NCBI GenBank assembly: GCA_963803975.1
Contig: CAWDOY010000025.1
Location: 1-64,000 of the forward strand
Length of the DNA stretch: 64,000 nucleotides
Direction: 5' to 3'
Source: an uncultured delta proteobacterium
GTDB taxonomy: Bacteria; Desulfobacterota; WTBG01; CAIYCZ01
A program made the translations under genes and the position numbers. Below the pieces are notes generated by a model, which was not told the DNA's origin, did no database searches, and worked only from the letters and a program-made list of their open reading frames with translations. This document shows, piece after piece, positions 31,737 through 43,699 of this stretch. Within the stretch, counting starts at the first letter, position 1; the number at the start of each line of letters is the position of its first letter.

Positions 31737-33646
31737 TCATCTTTTTACCACTGCTTCTGCAGGGCAGATCTCAAAACAGGCGCCGCACTTTACGCATTTG
31801 TTTATCTCTATCTTGTGCGGCTGCTTCTTTTCGCCCGCGACCGCGCTGGTCGGGCATACCTTCACACAGGCACCGCAGCCGGTGCAGCGATTCTTATCAA
31901 TTGAAAAAGTGATGAGCGCCTTGCACACCCCGGCCGGGCATTTTTTGTCCTTTATGTGCGCGACATACTCATTCCTGAAATATTTGAGCGTCGAGAGCAC
32001 CGGGTTGGGAGCTGTTTTACCCAGACCGCACAGGGCCGACTCCTTGATATCTACAGCCATGCTTTCCAGAAGCGCCAGGTCTTCCTTCGTGCCCTTGCCC
32101 CGCGGTGATGTCTTCCAGCACGTCCTTCATCCTTTTCACGCCCACGCGGCACGGTGTGCACTTGCCGCAGGATTCGTCCGCGAGAAAGGAAAGAAAATAT
32201 TTTGCTACGTCAACCATGCAGGTGCGGTCATCCATCACGATGAGACCGCCGGAGCCCATGATGGATCCTGCCTCAGCGAGCGCTTCGTAGTCAACCGGAA
32301 GATTAATTAATTCTTTCGGTATGCAGCCGCCTGACGGGCCGCCGGTTTGCACTGCCTTGAAGGCCCTGTCCGTTCGGTATGCCGCCGCCCATATCATAAA
32401 TAATCTGTTTCAGCTTCGTGCCCATGGGCACTTCCACCAGCCCGATGCGGTTTACTTTGCCGACCAGGGAAAATACCTTGGTGCCCTTGCTCTTTTTCGT
32501 GCCGATGGATGAAAACCAGTCAGCGCCGCGTGCCATGATCGGGGCTACATTGGCCAGTGTTTCCACGTTGTTGATCACCGTGGGTTTTCCCCAGAGGCCG
32601 CTCTGTGCCGGAAACGGCGGTCGCTGCCGCGGCTCGCCCCACTCACCCTCAATTGATTTGATGAGGGCGGTTTCTTCGCCGCACACAAAAGCACCAGCTC
32701 CCTGGCTGATGGAGATGGTAAAAGTAAAGCCCGAGTTCAGGATCTTTTTGCCCAGCAGGCCGTGCGCAGTTGCCTCGGCCAGAGCTTTCTTCACCCGCTC
32801 TATTGCCAGGGGATATTCCGCCCTGATGTACAGGTATCCCTGGCGCGCGCCGATCGCGTAGCCGGCAATCATCATGCCTTCAATCACCGCGTGGGGGTCG
32901 CCCTCAAGGAGGCTCCGGTCCATGTACGCGCCGGGATCGCCCTCATCGGCGTTGCATATAATATATTTTTCTTTTCCGTCAGCCGTGCTGCATATTTTCC
33001 ATTTCACGCCGGTCAGAAATCCCGCGCCGCCCCTGCCGCGAAGCCCTGAGCGCTCAACCTCGGCGATAACGTCCTGCGGCGGTTTCTTCGCGAGCACTTC
33101 CGCCAGGGTAAAGTAACCGCCCTTGGCTATATATTCACTGATGTCCTCCGGGTCAATGACGCCGCAGTTGCGCAGCGCTATCTTGTCCTGCTTCTTGTAA
33201 AAAGAGAGGTTCGCGTACTCAGGGACTTTAAGCAGCTCTTTTTTTACCCGGCCTTTTTTGTAGGAGCGCACGGTGTCGTCAAGCAGGAACCGGTCTTCAT
33301 CCATCCTGCCGAGAGCGCCCTTCATGACGCTGCCCTGCCGCAGTTCTTCCAGAAGTTCGACGGCCTTTTCTCCGGTCATGCGGCTGTAGGTCAGACGCGG
33401 GCTTCCCGGCAGCAGAACATCAACCAGGGGCTCCTCGTGGCAGATCCCGATGCATCCGGTCTTTGTCACCACCGCGTTCAGCCTTTTCTTCTTTACCCCG
33501 GCCGCTATTTCATTGAAAACAGTCCCGGCGCCGGTTGACAGGCCGCAGGTCGCCATGCCGACCATGATTTTAATCCTGTCAGGACTAAGCGTGGCCATTC
33601 CCCGCGCTTTTAACTTTTGCAGATCCTTTATACCTGATACCTTCAT
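31737..33646 (-). CDS. nuoF: NuoF/HydB-like NADH-binding flavoprotein subunit (two frameshifts)
   Basis: N-terminal thioredoxin-like [2Fe-2S] (GMATCG, TGCIGIC), [45 protein letters not shown] and a C-terminal 2[4Fe-4S]. Confidence 0.9.
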
Positions 33647-34121
33647 CTCTTCTCAGCTTTCCTGTATGGTGCAAGCATTTTAGGAACAGTGCTTTGGTGC
33701 ACATTGCCATAGGTATCTTCATTTACCCGCACGACCGGGGCCATGCTGCAGCACCCCAGGCAGCGCACTTTTTCCAGCGTGAACGTCCGGTCAGGCGTGG
33801 TGCCTTCATTTGACTCAAGCCCGAGTTCCCTGCCCAGCTTGTTCTGGATATTCTCACCGTCCTTGACATGACAGGCAGTGCCCAGACAGACGCTGACAAT
33901 ATTTTTGCCCCTGGGCTCCAGGCTGAAGGAGCGGTAAAACGTGGCGATGCAGTAGATTTTGCTCAGGGGCACGCCGCTGGCACTGCTGAAATAGGTTATG
34001 GCGTCCTGGGAGAGATACCCGCACGCTGTCTGTATGTCCTGCAGGGCCGCGATAAGCGAGCTTTTACCGCCCTGTATTTCTTTATGAACCCGTCAATGGT
34101 TGAGCGATTGAATGATTCCAT
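33643..34121 (-). CDS. nuoE: NuoE/HydC-like [2Fe-2S] subunit (frameshift near the 5' end)
   Basis: LIAALQDIQ...GYL, ATFY..F, VCLGTACHV, CLGCCS.AP. Confidence 0.88.
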
Positions 34122-35015
34122 AGCCTTCCTTTACATCTCGTGCCTTTTGCAGAAGCTCTTCATAGGCTTCGTTGACCGCCTCCTGTACCACGGGAATCAG
34201 CTCCGGGGGAAAGGGGAAGAACCGTTTCTGCATTTTCAGAAAATCCTGCACTGGTTTGCGATTCTTTACCGGCTGGGTAATTTTTATTTTATTGTTCTCA
34301 ATCTCATAGAGCGGGAAATAGCCGGTCCGCACTGCCATCAGGCCTGCCTTGATGGTCAGTTTCGGATTAAACACCCACCCGGTGGGGCACGGAGCGAGAA
34401 CCAGGATAAAAGCGTTCCCGTCAGCAGCCAGGCCCTTCTTGACTTTTTCTATCAGGTCAAAGGGATAGCTCGGGCATGCGGTGGCAATATAAGAGAAGCT
34501 GCCTTCAGCAACTGCTTCGGGTATATTTTTTCTCTTTGATTATGCGCTTGATTTCACCGGCCGGCATAGGGTGCGAGACTTCAGCGAGCTTGAATGCGGG
34601 GGGATTTACCGCGCTGATGAGCCGGTCTATGTGCGGCTCATTGTCAAAGCAGAGATAGAGAGTATTCTCGTCCCTGGTAAACATCCGTGCCGCCACCATC
34701 TGCCCTGACAAAAAGAGCCGCCGGTCAATGCCGACGATTGCCTTGCGGCAGGATGCGCCGGCCATTGCGCTCGCGCGTACCAGTTCCGCCTGCAATGGTC
34801 TCCAGCATCGGGTCAAAGGTGAGGTCATCGTATGCGTAGCTTTGTGCGGTAACAGAAGCCTGGGGCGGCAGCTGGTCGGGAAATACCGCTCCCGCGGCCT
34901 TTGCAACGATACGCGCGGCGAGGGCTTTGCCGCAGCCCTGACAGGACCTTCGTCCGGACAGGTAATTTTCTTCCGCGGGCAGGAGCTTCGGGACATAAAC
35001 AGGGAACTGGTTCAT
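34093..35015 (-). CDS. Degenerate 2-oxoacid:ferredoxin oxidoreductase beta-subunit-like protein (frameshifted)
   Basis: SCQGCG, YLCFDNE, SYIATACPSYPFDL, LAPCPTGW and AVRTGYFPLYE match PorB, but IVGIDRR replaces the GDG TPP motif. Confidence 0.7.
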
Positions 35016-35038
35016 ACACTAACCTTTACGCTGCTTTT

Positions 35039-35345
35039 TTATCTGGTTTGCCAGGGAAAGCGTTTGAATACTTCCTGCATGGTGATGCAGCCGGTCCAGC
35101 ACTGGGCGCTGCACAGCGCGCAGCCCTTGCAGTATTTGAGGTCCGCCTCGTAGTATCCCTCTTCATTCTGATATATGGCCCCGTCAGGACAGGAGAGATA
35201 GCAGACCCCGCATTTGATGCACTTCTCAGTGTCCCACATGGGCACCTCAAAACGCCAGTCCTCATTGGAGAGGAAATCTTCTACAATGGGGATTGCCTGG
35301 TTAAGGCGGGGCTCGAAGCTTTTATCATGTTTCAGTTTTTTTCAT
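35039..35345 (-). CDS. porD: 2-oxoacid:ferredoxin oxidoreductase delta-subunit-like ferredoxin (homopolymer frameshift at the start)
   Basis: DWRFEVP.WDTEKCIKCGVCYLSCPDGAI...YCKGCALCSAQC. Confidence 0.82.
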
Positions 35346-35562
35346 ACTGTTTCACGTCTCAGTTGCAACCGGATGATGCAGCTGGTTGCTAGATAATTTA
35401 TGATTAAGAATAGTTACATTTAAGAACTATTTTCTAAATAGTATAGCTCTCCTAACAATGTCAAGATAAAACTTGAAAAGCAGACAACAGAAGATAGAAT
35501 CAATGCATTCATTTCAAACTCTATCCTTAACGCCTGTACCTCTAGCCCCTGGTCCAGCCATC

Positions 35563-36318
35563 CTAAAACATCACCGACGGCGGCAGCATGTGCAGCATAA
35601 AGCTTTCATGCGGTACGCCGAGCATCACCCCGCCCTTGAAGAAGCGGTTGTCCATGAAGGTGTAGCGCACCCACTCACGGCGCTGCTCCTGCATCCGGGC
35701 GATGTCATCCGCAGTAGGCTTTCAGGTCTTTTCTTTTGTCCACCAGCTGAAAGTAGGCTGCATATATTTCCCGTGCGGTATCCTCGAAGCATGCCGCGTT
35801 CTCCTCTTCCGGGCCGAATGCTATGCCCACGCCATAGCCGACGCCGGATCGTGCTTCCTTGAGCTCAAACATCTTCAGATAACCCTGCTGCAGGTCGCTG
35901 TAGATCCTGCCGTGCTTCTTCGTCACTGCTTCCATCTTCTGTTTGATAAAATTCGCGGTCTTCATCATAGGCAATGGTCGGGTAGACGTCAAAAAATCCC
36001 GGGCAGTGCTCCAGCCCCTGCTCCGACACATGCTCAAACACCCCCATGAAAATGGGCACATGGGGATTGCGGGGGAAGGTCTGGATGCCCACCCACTGGA
36101 TGGTGCTCTGGTAGTCTCTGCCGGGGATGGTCACGGTCGCGCGGATAGTTGAAACGCAGGCCTTTTCGAAAAAATCCCCCCTGCTGACATTTACTTCAAC
36201 CGCCCCGGCCCCGTTCAGGAAATTCCACTGCTGTTTCTCAAACCCGCCGGCATTATATCCGGCTAATGGTATCAAGATACTTCTGTTTTAGCTCTGCCAG
36301 AAACTGATCAGTAAGCAT
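35563..36318 (-). CDS. Divergent HemF (oxygen-dependent coproporphyrinogen oxidase)-fold protein (frameshifted)
   Basis: G.FFEKA.V, FPRNPHVP, FFDVYP, GVG.G, Y..LV.KRK, Q..RREWV, ES...MLPP at the C-terminus, in HemF order and spacing. Confidence 0.65.
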
Positions 36319-36616
36319 ACGGGCCTCCTTTTTTTAGTTTTTATATCACATCTCAAGTATAAGTTCAAGAGAATAAGTTCCTTGCCCTTGTACTTTTCCT
36401 TGACATCAATAGTATGTTATAATATATCACGACCAATAACCAGCACACAACAAAGTCCTCATTTTATTTCTGAATACGAACATGCACGGTTACAGGCATA
36501 TCAGCGATGGTTATGAACCGGTCTATTAGAGCCTTTTGAAATTAAAACATCAGGTTAACGGGCGGGGAAAATGGTTTCCACCCGTTTTATTTTAATTCCT
36601 TTCAAAGGAGGCTTCC

Positions 36617-38365
36617 ATGCAACGGGGTAATATCAAGCAACAACAGCTATCATACGAACATTTCCTGCTGCTCATCCTCGTCATACCTGTCCTGCTCCTG
36701 ACTGCATCCTGCGTAAAACAAGCAAACAATCGGCGTCATTTTTGCCCTGCACGGCGGGTTTGATACCTACAAGCCCCAGTATCTCTGGGATTCGTCAGTA
36801 CAGATGTTCTCCTATGACCCGAACCACCCGGTCTATAAGCATGGTCATCTGGAATCCGGATAACTGGACCATGGTCCTCCAGTCGGCCAATGCGCCTAAA
36901 GAGATACAAAAATATTCCTTTGAGTACCAGCGCCTGGGCGGCACTGACCCGTTTACCGGAATTACCGCCCAGCAGTTTGAAAATCTCAAGGCCGAGCTTG
37001 AAAGCCAGGGCAAATTCCGGGGATTTAACTTTGTGTTTGACTATGTGCAGTGGATGTCAGGTGATGATATCCCCCATTATGCCTATCCCCGGTTCGTCTA
37101 TAACGGCCCGGCGAACGCTGCCTCGAAATGCACCTACTGCGGTGAAAAGGAGTCTGACGGGCCATGGCCCGGCTGCGACCCGGAGCGCTACAATGTTGAC
37201 GGGCCGGTCGACCGGCTGATTAAAGAAAAAGTTTCCCGGATTATTATCGTGGACATGACCGTGGGCGGCGTGCGTTTCTCCAAAACCTTTGACTGTGTCC
37301 AGATGATAAAGCGCGCCCTGAAAGACAGCGGCAATGAATCAATACCGGTCACCTGGGTTAATGATTACAAAAGCCTCATGGAACGCTCTTACCCGACGGA
37401 ACCCGCCGGGTGGACCGCGACTCAGGGTGCGCCGACAAAAGATGCCAGCGTCCCCCTTGACGGGAGCCCGAATCCCGTGGCGGCAGACCCGGACCTTGCC
37501 GCACTGCATGTTGAAGGAATTGAGGCCGGCATGTCAGACAAGGTCCCGGATGCCGAGACCGGCGTCATTATCCTGAACCACGCAATAAATGACAACAAGG
37601 AATATTTTGACCCGAAGATAGATGATACGGTGACTGATAAACAAAAATATCAAATCCCAGCTTATCTCCCGCCACCCCGACATGAACCCGGCAAATATCG
37701 TCGGCGCCTACATGGGTATATACGAGAATGACCCGGACTGCAACGGCGCAAGGGGGCGCACGCGCAACATGCGCGGCGAGAACCTCGGCTATGCCTGGCT
37801 CTACGAGAGCGCGAAACAGCTGCCCGCTGATGAGTGGGGCTACCGCTACTGGGACGCACTTGAGTATCTTAAAAACCGCGGGGTGAAGCACATCGTGATC
37901 GGCTTTGCCCAGATTGTGACTGATTCGGTGTTAAACCTCGTTGAAATCCAGAACCAGATCGCAAAAGAGATCGGCACCAAAACCTGGCTGCTTGCCGCGA
38001 CCGGCGACATTGCCACCTATCCCGGCGTCGGGCACCCCTTTGCCGATTACTGGGGGAACTGGGTCAGGACCGACTGCGGCGGCACGCCGTGCTGCTTCAA
38101 GATGGGCGGCTGCGATGACGGCGTCTATCCGCCAATTGCCCAGAAATGCCCGCGCGACGACCTGGACCCGTCCCTTGCCTATGATGTAAGCGAGTACGGC
38201 CACCTGGGGTATGACCCGGCGCTCAGCCCCCCGGACCCCACTAAGCCCGTGCAGCAGCAGTATACCGGCACCTGGGCGATGTGGACGCCGCCCAATGCCG
38301 ACCCGCGCTTGAGCAAGCTGCTGGCGAAATATGTTCTTCAGGCAGCAAATGATGAGCTGAAGTGA
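36617..38365 (+). CDS. Ferrochelatase (class II chelatase)-fold lipoprotein (frameshifted)
   Basis: Lipobox LTASC; IGVIFALHGG, RLIKEKVSRIIIVD, DPDLAALHVEGI, GVIILNH and DALEYLKNRGVKHIVIGFAQIVTDSVLNLVEI follow the HemH pattern. Confidence 0.55.
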
Positions 38366-38415
38366 CAGTACGATATAGTTCTTCTTTTCACTATAATGCA
38401 TAAGGAGAATACCGT

Positions 38416-39055
38416 ATGGAAAAGTTAAACAGAAGAGATTTTGCGAAAAAGGCCCTCGGCGGCGGCGGTCTGCTGACGCTCATCACCGCTTTCAATCTCC
38501 CGGGAGTCGCGTCTGCGTTCAGCGGCCCTGAAGTAGTCGTGCCGACGAATAAGTTCCTGAACCGCCCGGACCTGGGCGACGCGCTCAAGTCCATGTACAT
38601 GACCTATGACTCGACCACGCCCTACCCGCACAAATTCAACGAGACCATCAGCAAGCACCAGCTGCGGGCTCTGGAATTTTTTGTCTCAAAGAACATGGAC
38701 AAGGAATACGCCGAGCACTATGTGACAACCATGAAGCCGGTGCTGCTGAAGATTAAAGAGGCAATTGAAAAGGAAAAGAACCCGGAGAAGGCCCTCGTTG
38801 CCCTGTTTGATGACAACCCCTGCTCGTTCCAGCTCTTTGACCATATCAATGTCAAGCCCGGCGAGCGCAGCTTCCCCTGCCCCTACAAGGGAAAGCTCCA
38901 GGACTGCAAGTACTGGCTCGGAACATTCAACGCACATCGAGTGGAAGGATGTCTGCAACCGCTGGTGCATCCCCACCTGGAACGGTTTTGCCGAGACCCT
39001 CGGCATAAAAATAAAAATCCAGCCAAGCGATGAGTGCAAAGTTAAACTGGCGTAA
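38416..39055 (+). CDS. Tat-exported hypothetical protein with conserved Cys (V4R/ATC-hydrolase-like); frameshift near the 3' end
   Basis: NRRDFAK signal; C, F.CPY, C..WC..TWNGF, C.V. Confidence 0.65.
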
Positions 39056-39079
39056 CCCCCTGCAAGAGGAGGAACAGAT

Positions 39080-39750
39080 ATGGATATCAAAAACAGACCT
39101 GATTCTCTTTTCCTTACAGAATCATCAAACAACCAACCAGTCATGCATGTCCCGCCGGGACTTTGCGAAAAAGGCTGCCGGCATCAGTGCTGTATCAGCG
39201 TTTGCCCTGATGAGCCTGCCCCAGCTTGCGTCTGCCTGGATGAACAACGAGATCATGTCGCCGCGATGACATGGGTGACGGGCTGAAGTCAATTATTAAA
39301 ACCTACAGCACCACCGACCCCTATCCGCTGAAGTTTAACGAAGGCCTGGTGCGGCAGCATTTGCGCAGCCTTGACTTTGCCGTGCGCAAGGGAGTGGCGA
39401 AGGAGCATGCCGAGCACTTTGTGTACGTGCTGGGCCCGGTGCTCGAGCGTCACATAAAACCGGCAGTCGCGAAGCTGGGAAAAAATATTTTCCTCTGGGG
39501 CATCTTTGAGCGGACCGGCTGCTCCTACCAGCTCTACGAGCATATAAATATCAAGGAAGGCGAGCGGACGTTTTCGTGCCCGTACAAGCGGGCCCTGGAA
39601 TATCACAATAAAGAGGTCGGCACCTATAACTTGAAGTGGGAAGATGTGTGCGCCAACTGGTGCAGCCTCACCTGGAACGGCTTTGCTCAGATTGCGGGAG
39701 TGCAGATAAAAATTGAAACAGGGGAGACCTGCAAGGTATCGGTTGTCTGA
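39080..39750 (+). CDS. Tat-exported paralog of 38416..39055 (frameshifted)
   Basis: SRRDFAK signal; shares D.GD.LKS...TY..T.PYP.KFNE, CS.QL..HIN.K.GER.F.CPYK and W.DVC..WC..TWNGFA. Confidence 0.65.
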
Positions 39751-39772
39751 AATTATCAGCTTAAAAACAGAA

Positions 39773-39814
39773 ACGCCCGGCTGTGAGTTTCACCTCATGT
39801 GCCGGGCTTTTTTT
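39773..39814 (+). terminator. Rho-independent terminator
   Basis: gcccggc...gccgggc stem followed by a T-tract. Confidence 0.65.
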
Positions 39815-39883
39815 ATGAAATAATTCGGGGGTGGATTATCGAGCGCTTACTGATAAACAACCTCAAACTGCTTCCGTATGTAT

Positions 39884-39985
39884 GTGAAGCTCCCTGCCTA
39901 CAAGGCGGGGCTTCCCGGAGTTTAATTATTCTTTTCAAATACATGCCTCTTGACCCCGCTTACAAAGTGGGGCTTGCGAGGCATG
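39884..39985. repeat. Pair of REP/IS200-605-end-like hairpins
   Basis: gaagctccctgcctacaaggcggggcttc and tgcctcttgaccccgcttacaaagtggggcttgcgaggca share the cc(t/c)gc.tacaa.g.gggg core. Confidence 0.65.
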
Positions 39986-40045
39986 AAAACGGTCATGCGC
40001 TCCTGTGAAAAGGAGACCCGAATAATTTAGCGGGCAATGTTTTCT

Positions 40046-41041
40046 TTACCCAGGCAGAAGCTCCTTTAGCTTATCTCTGAACGCAGGCAGTACCTTTTTC
40101 CAGTCGCCAACAACACCAAAATCGGCTTGTTTGAAGATAAATGCCTCAGGGTCTGTATTTATGGCGACGATACTCCTGGACTGGGCGCAGCCGCTCAAAT
40201 GCTGGATGGAACCGGAAAGAGCTATGGCAATATACAGATCGGGGCTGACAATTTTCCCGGTAATCCCTACCTGCCGGTTGGGGGCTATCCAGCGATTATC
40301 GCAGGCGGGCCGTGAAGCGCCAACCGCCCCTTTCAACAAAGCCGCCAGCTCCTGCAGCTGATTAAATCCTTCAGCACTGCCAATGCCTCTGCCTCCGCTG
40401 ACTATTACCGGAGCATCTTCAAGCCGCACCCCGCCCTCATCTTCCTTTACCCTTTTCAACAAGTCTGGCCCGTATGGCTGAGGGGTCCAGGCCGGCATCA
40501 ATGGTAATGACCTCTCCTGGTTTTGAGACAGGCTCTGGAGAAGACATTACCTTGTCTCTGACCGTGGCTATCTGCGGATAGGAGTCGCAGGTGAAGGTAG
40601 CCAGGCCATTCCCTCCGTAGACAGGTTTAGTTCGCAGCAACAGCTTTGTGTCAGGGTCAATAGCAAGGCCAACACAATCCAGAGTGGCTGTTGTGTCCAG
40701 CCGGAAGGCCAGCATGGGAGCAAGGTCACGACCGACAGATGTCTGTCCCAGGATGAGGATCCGGGGCATCACCTGTCTAACTACTTTTTCCATCACTGAC
40801 ACGTATGCATCTGTCTGGTACTCTTTAAGCAGCGGATCATCAACAACATATACTTTATCAGCACCAAGGCGATAGCTTCCTGAGCCAGACTTCCCACATC
40901 ACTTCCGACCAGCACCGTGCACAACTGCTGCCCCAGGTCATCAGCCAGCTTTCTGCCGCAGCCCAGTACCTCCTTGGAGATCGAAGGCAGTTTGCCGTCA
41001 ATGATCTCACAATACGTCATAATGCCGTTATATTCAGCCAT
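40046..41041 (-). CDS. etfA: Electron transfer flavoprotein alpha subunit (two frameshifts)
   Basis: GRDLAP.LA.RL, KPVYGGN, IVSGGRG, GASRPA, QVGITGK, LYIAIALSG..QH, AINTDP.A.IF. Confidence 0.92.
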
Positions 41042-41189
41042 GAGATTTACCCTTTTTAGATTAGCTCATACAGTTTTTTTAGACTTTTTTTTCACTGATC
41101 AACAACCTGATTCAGGCACTCACGTCAATCCTCTCCCGCAGTGGCGAAGGAGGCGTGATTCAGAAACGTGTTATTTCAATCGGCCTGAT

Positions 41190-41982
41190 TTAGAGGAGCT
41201 GTGCTTCCCTTAGTTTCAGGGCCAGATTAGTTCCTGCCTCCTCCGGGGTTTCACCTGCCTATGAACTGGCACTCGGATTTCCGGCCCTGGGGAGCAGCCA
41301 GCCTGACCAGGTTCAATCTCTGCAGTTTGGATACATCAACCCCCAGCGCCTGCGCATTGCGAGTCGTGACCGGCATCTTCTGCGCTGCCTGCAGGTCCTT
41401 CAGCTTGGGGTATCGCAGCTCGCCGACCTCGCTGCTGGCGGTAACGACTGCCGGCATTGGGGCCTCAACTATTTCAGAGCCGTCTGATACCACCCGCTCC
41501 ACCCGTACCTTCCCATCGCTCACTTCTATTTTGCAGGCAGCAGTAATGCAGGGAATCTTCAAAATCTCGGCAAGACCGGAACCCACCTGGCCGGCATCCG
41601 TATCTGCCGCCTGTCTTCCGCAGAGAATAAGATCGTATTCACCGGTCTCCCGAATGGCTGTGGCCAGCAGGTGAGCTGTTGCATAACTGTCAAGCTGTTC
41701 AAACGCATTGTCTTCCAGCAGGATCAGCTCATCAGCACCCGAGGCCAAAGATTTCCTCAGTACCGGCTTGGCCAGGTTTCGCCCTGCGCTTATCACCGTT
41801 ACCCGTGCAGCGTGAGCATCCTTTATCTTAAGCGCAGCTTCGAGTGCATTCTCATCGTAGGGATTCATCACCGGCGGGGTGCCCTGGGGCATTATCACCC
41901 GCTTTGCTTCCACGTCAACTTTCGTGCCCGAGGAGGAAGCCTGCGGGTCAGGCACCTGCTTAACGCAGACAATTATTCTCAT
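41190..41982 (-). CDS. etfB: Electron transfer flavoprotein beta subunit
   Basis: IIVCVKQVPD, MNPYDENALE.AL, CGRQAADTDAGQVG, LRYP; last codons in another frame ending at 41190. Confidence 0.93.
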
Positions 41983-41983
41983 G

Positions 41984-43683
41984 TTACTTAACTCCCTTGG
42001 TTCGTCTTAAACAGCGGGAATATCTGCAGCTTCGGAACCTCTTCCTCTTGGACGGTTCAGCTCCCCAGAAGTAGTTGCCGCTTCCGACTCCGTTGGGATC
42101 CAGCAGTTCTTTGAGCTTGCGCTGCCAGCGGTATTCCGGTGATTTTGACAGCTTCTTTGCCCGCACCTCCACATCGGCATGGGTGGCTCTTGCCAGCCCC
42201 AACAGCATCCCTCCGGGAGGCCGGCCGAGCTGTGCTTTCAACCGGTCCCCTTCGTCAGAAACTTCCGCTGCCGCCTTTGCTGAGTCAGGATCATAGGGGT
42301 CATAGAAGACAAAGTCCTCCCATCCGGTGACACCGCCGCCGCCCTGGCCGCCTATTGGTCCCATTGCCTGATCACCGGCATCCGCGATTCTGCCGGCATA
42401 TTTCTTCAACAGCGCCTTGCCTGCTTCGATTTCCCCGGATGCCCAGACATCCGGTGTTGCTACCGAGTTATACGTATCAACAAAGCCTCCGGTGGCGGTA
42501 AAGTTGAGATTCTTGAAGCAGAGCCTGATCATAAACAAAAGTACGTACTCTGCATGGCCGGCTCATCCACAAATGCTATGTTCCATCCGCCGGTCTCACG
42601 CAGTATCTGGTCCAAAACTTTCTGCTGATACGCAAGGTCTCTCGGCGTCATGCCAACCAGGATAAACTGGAAGCATGCGCCGCATCTCTTCAGTGAGCTT
42701 TTGTATTTCAGGCTTTTCCAGCAGTTCCTCCAGGTCGCAGAGCTGCCTGGCGGGGTCGGTTACGATTTTCAGGAAAGCCGCCTGCAGCTCATCCCCCCAC
42801 ATGACAAACTGCCGGTGAGCGATATATCCGATTTCCGAGTCATAGATTCTGTAGATCGCATCAGCAAAGTCCTGCCAGCTGGGGAAGGCCGGGAACGCAG
42901 CTCTGAAAAGATCCTCCGGAAGCTGCGCCTGGTAGGACGGCACAGTACCTTCAATGGGCAGTATCGCCGGGCCGGGCCAATGAACGAGCCGTATTGCAAT
43001 CTTGGTCACAACGCCCCAGCCCCCGGAGCCTCCCAGGGCGCCTCTGATTACCCCCTGTGTGCTCGGTCCTGGCCCTTCAGCACAGAACCAGCCCAGGCCG
43101 GACCCCAGAGAGCCTGTCCGCAGTATCTCCCCCGTAGGCATCACCCACTCGATTGACAGGATGCTGTCCTGAGGAGAAGAAAAGTACATACAATCCGGTC
43201 CCCCGCCCTGAAAACAGCAGGCATTGGCAAGCACCGAGGTACCAGCGCCGGCACCACTTATATGATTGTTCAAGCCCTTCTTCATGGCTTCGGCTTGAAG
43301 CTGCGCGGCCACCACATAGGGCTCAACCACAGCAAACATATTTTGTTCGTCTATTTCCAGTATTCGATTCATCCTCCTCAAATCCAGGAGTATTTGCCCC
43401 TCGGACGGGCGGTGCAGCCCATGGCCCCCAGCCCGTACTGAAGACATGAAACTTTAATTTGTACTGGTTACAGGCTTTGACTATAGCCTGAACCTCCTCC
43501 GCGCTTCCCGGCATAAGCACAGCCTCAGGCCTGTCAAAGAACTTGCTTCCGCCGGTTACGTCTGGTTACCAGCTCAGCCATCCATTGATAAGCATATGAA
43601 TCCAGCGTCGCCGGCTCCTCCGTGATATTGTCCGGCCCCACAATGTCTTCCAATGATTCATATACTTCTCTCAATAGTGCCAT
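41984..43683 (-). CDS. FAD-binding oxidoreductase (VAO/GlcD-like, FAD_binding_4); frameshifted
   Basis: LEDIVGPDNI, P.SAEEVQAIVK.C, STGWG, LDLRRMNRILEID, VEPYV, GP...G, GVVTK, K.LLDPNG. Confidence 0.83.
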
Positions 43684-43699
43684 ATTTATTTACCTCCTG

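Noticed and set aside
30941..34121. Respiratory complex I or [FeFe]-hydrogenase
   Set aside because: No membrane Nuo subunits and no H-cluster motifs in the 259-aa subunit.
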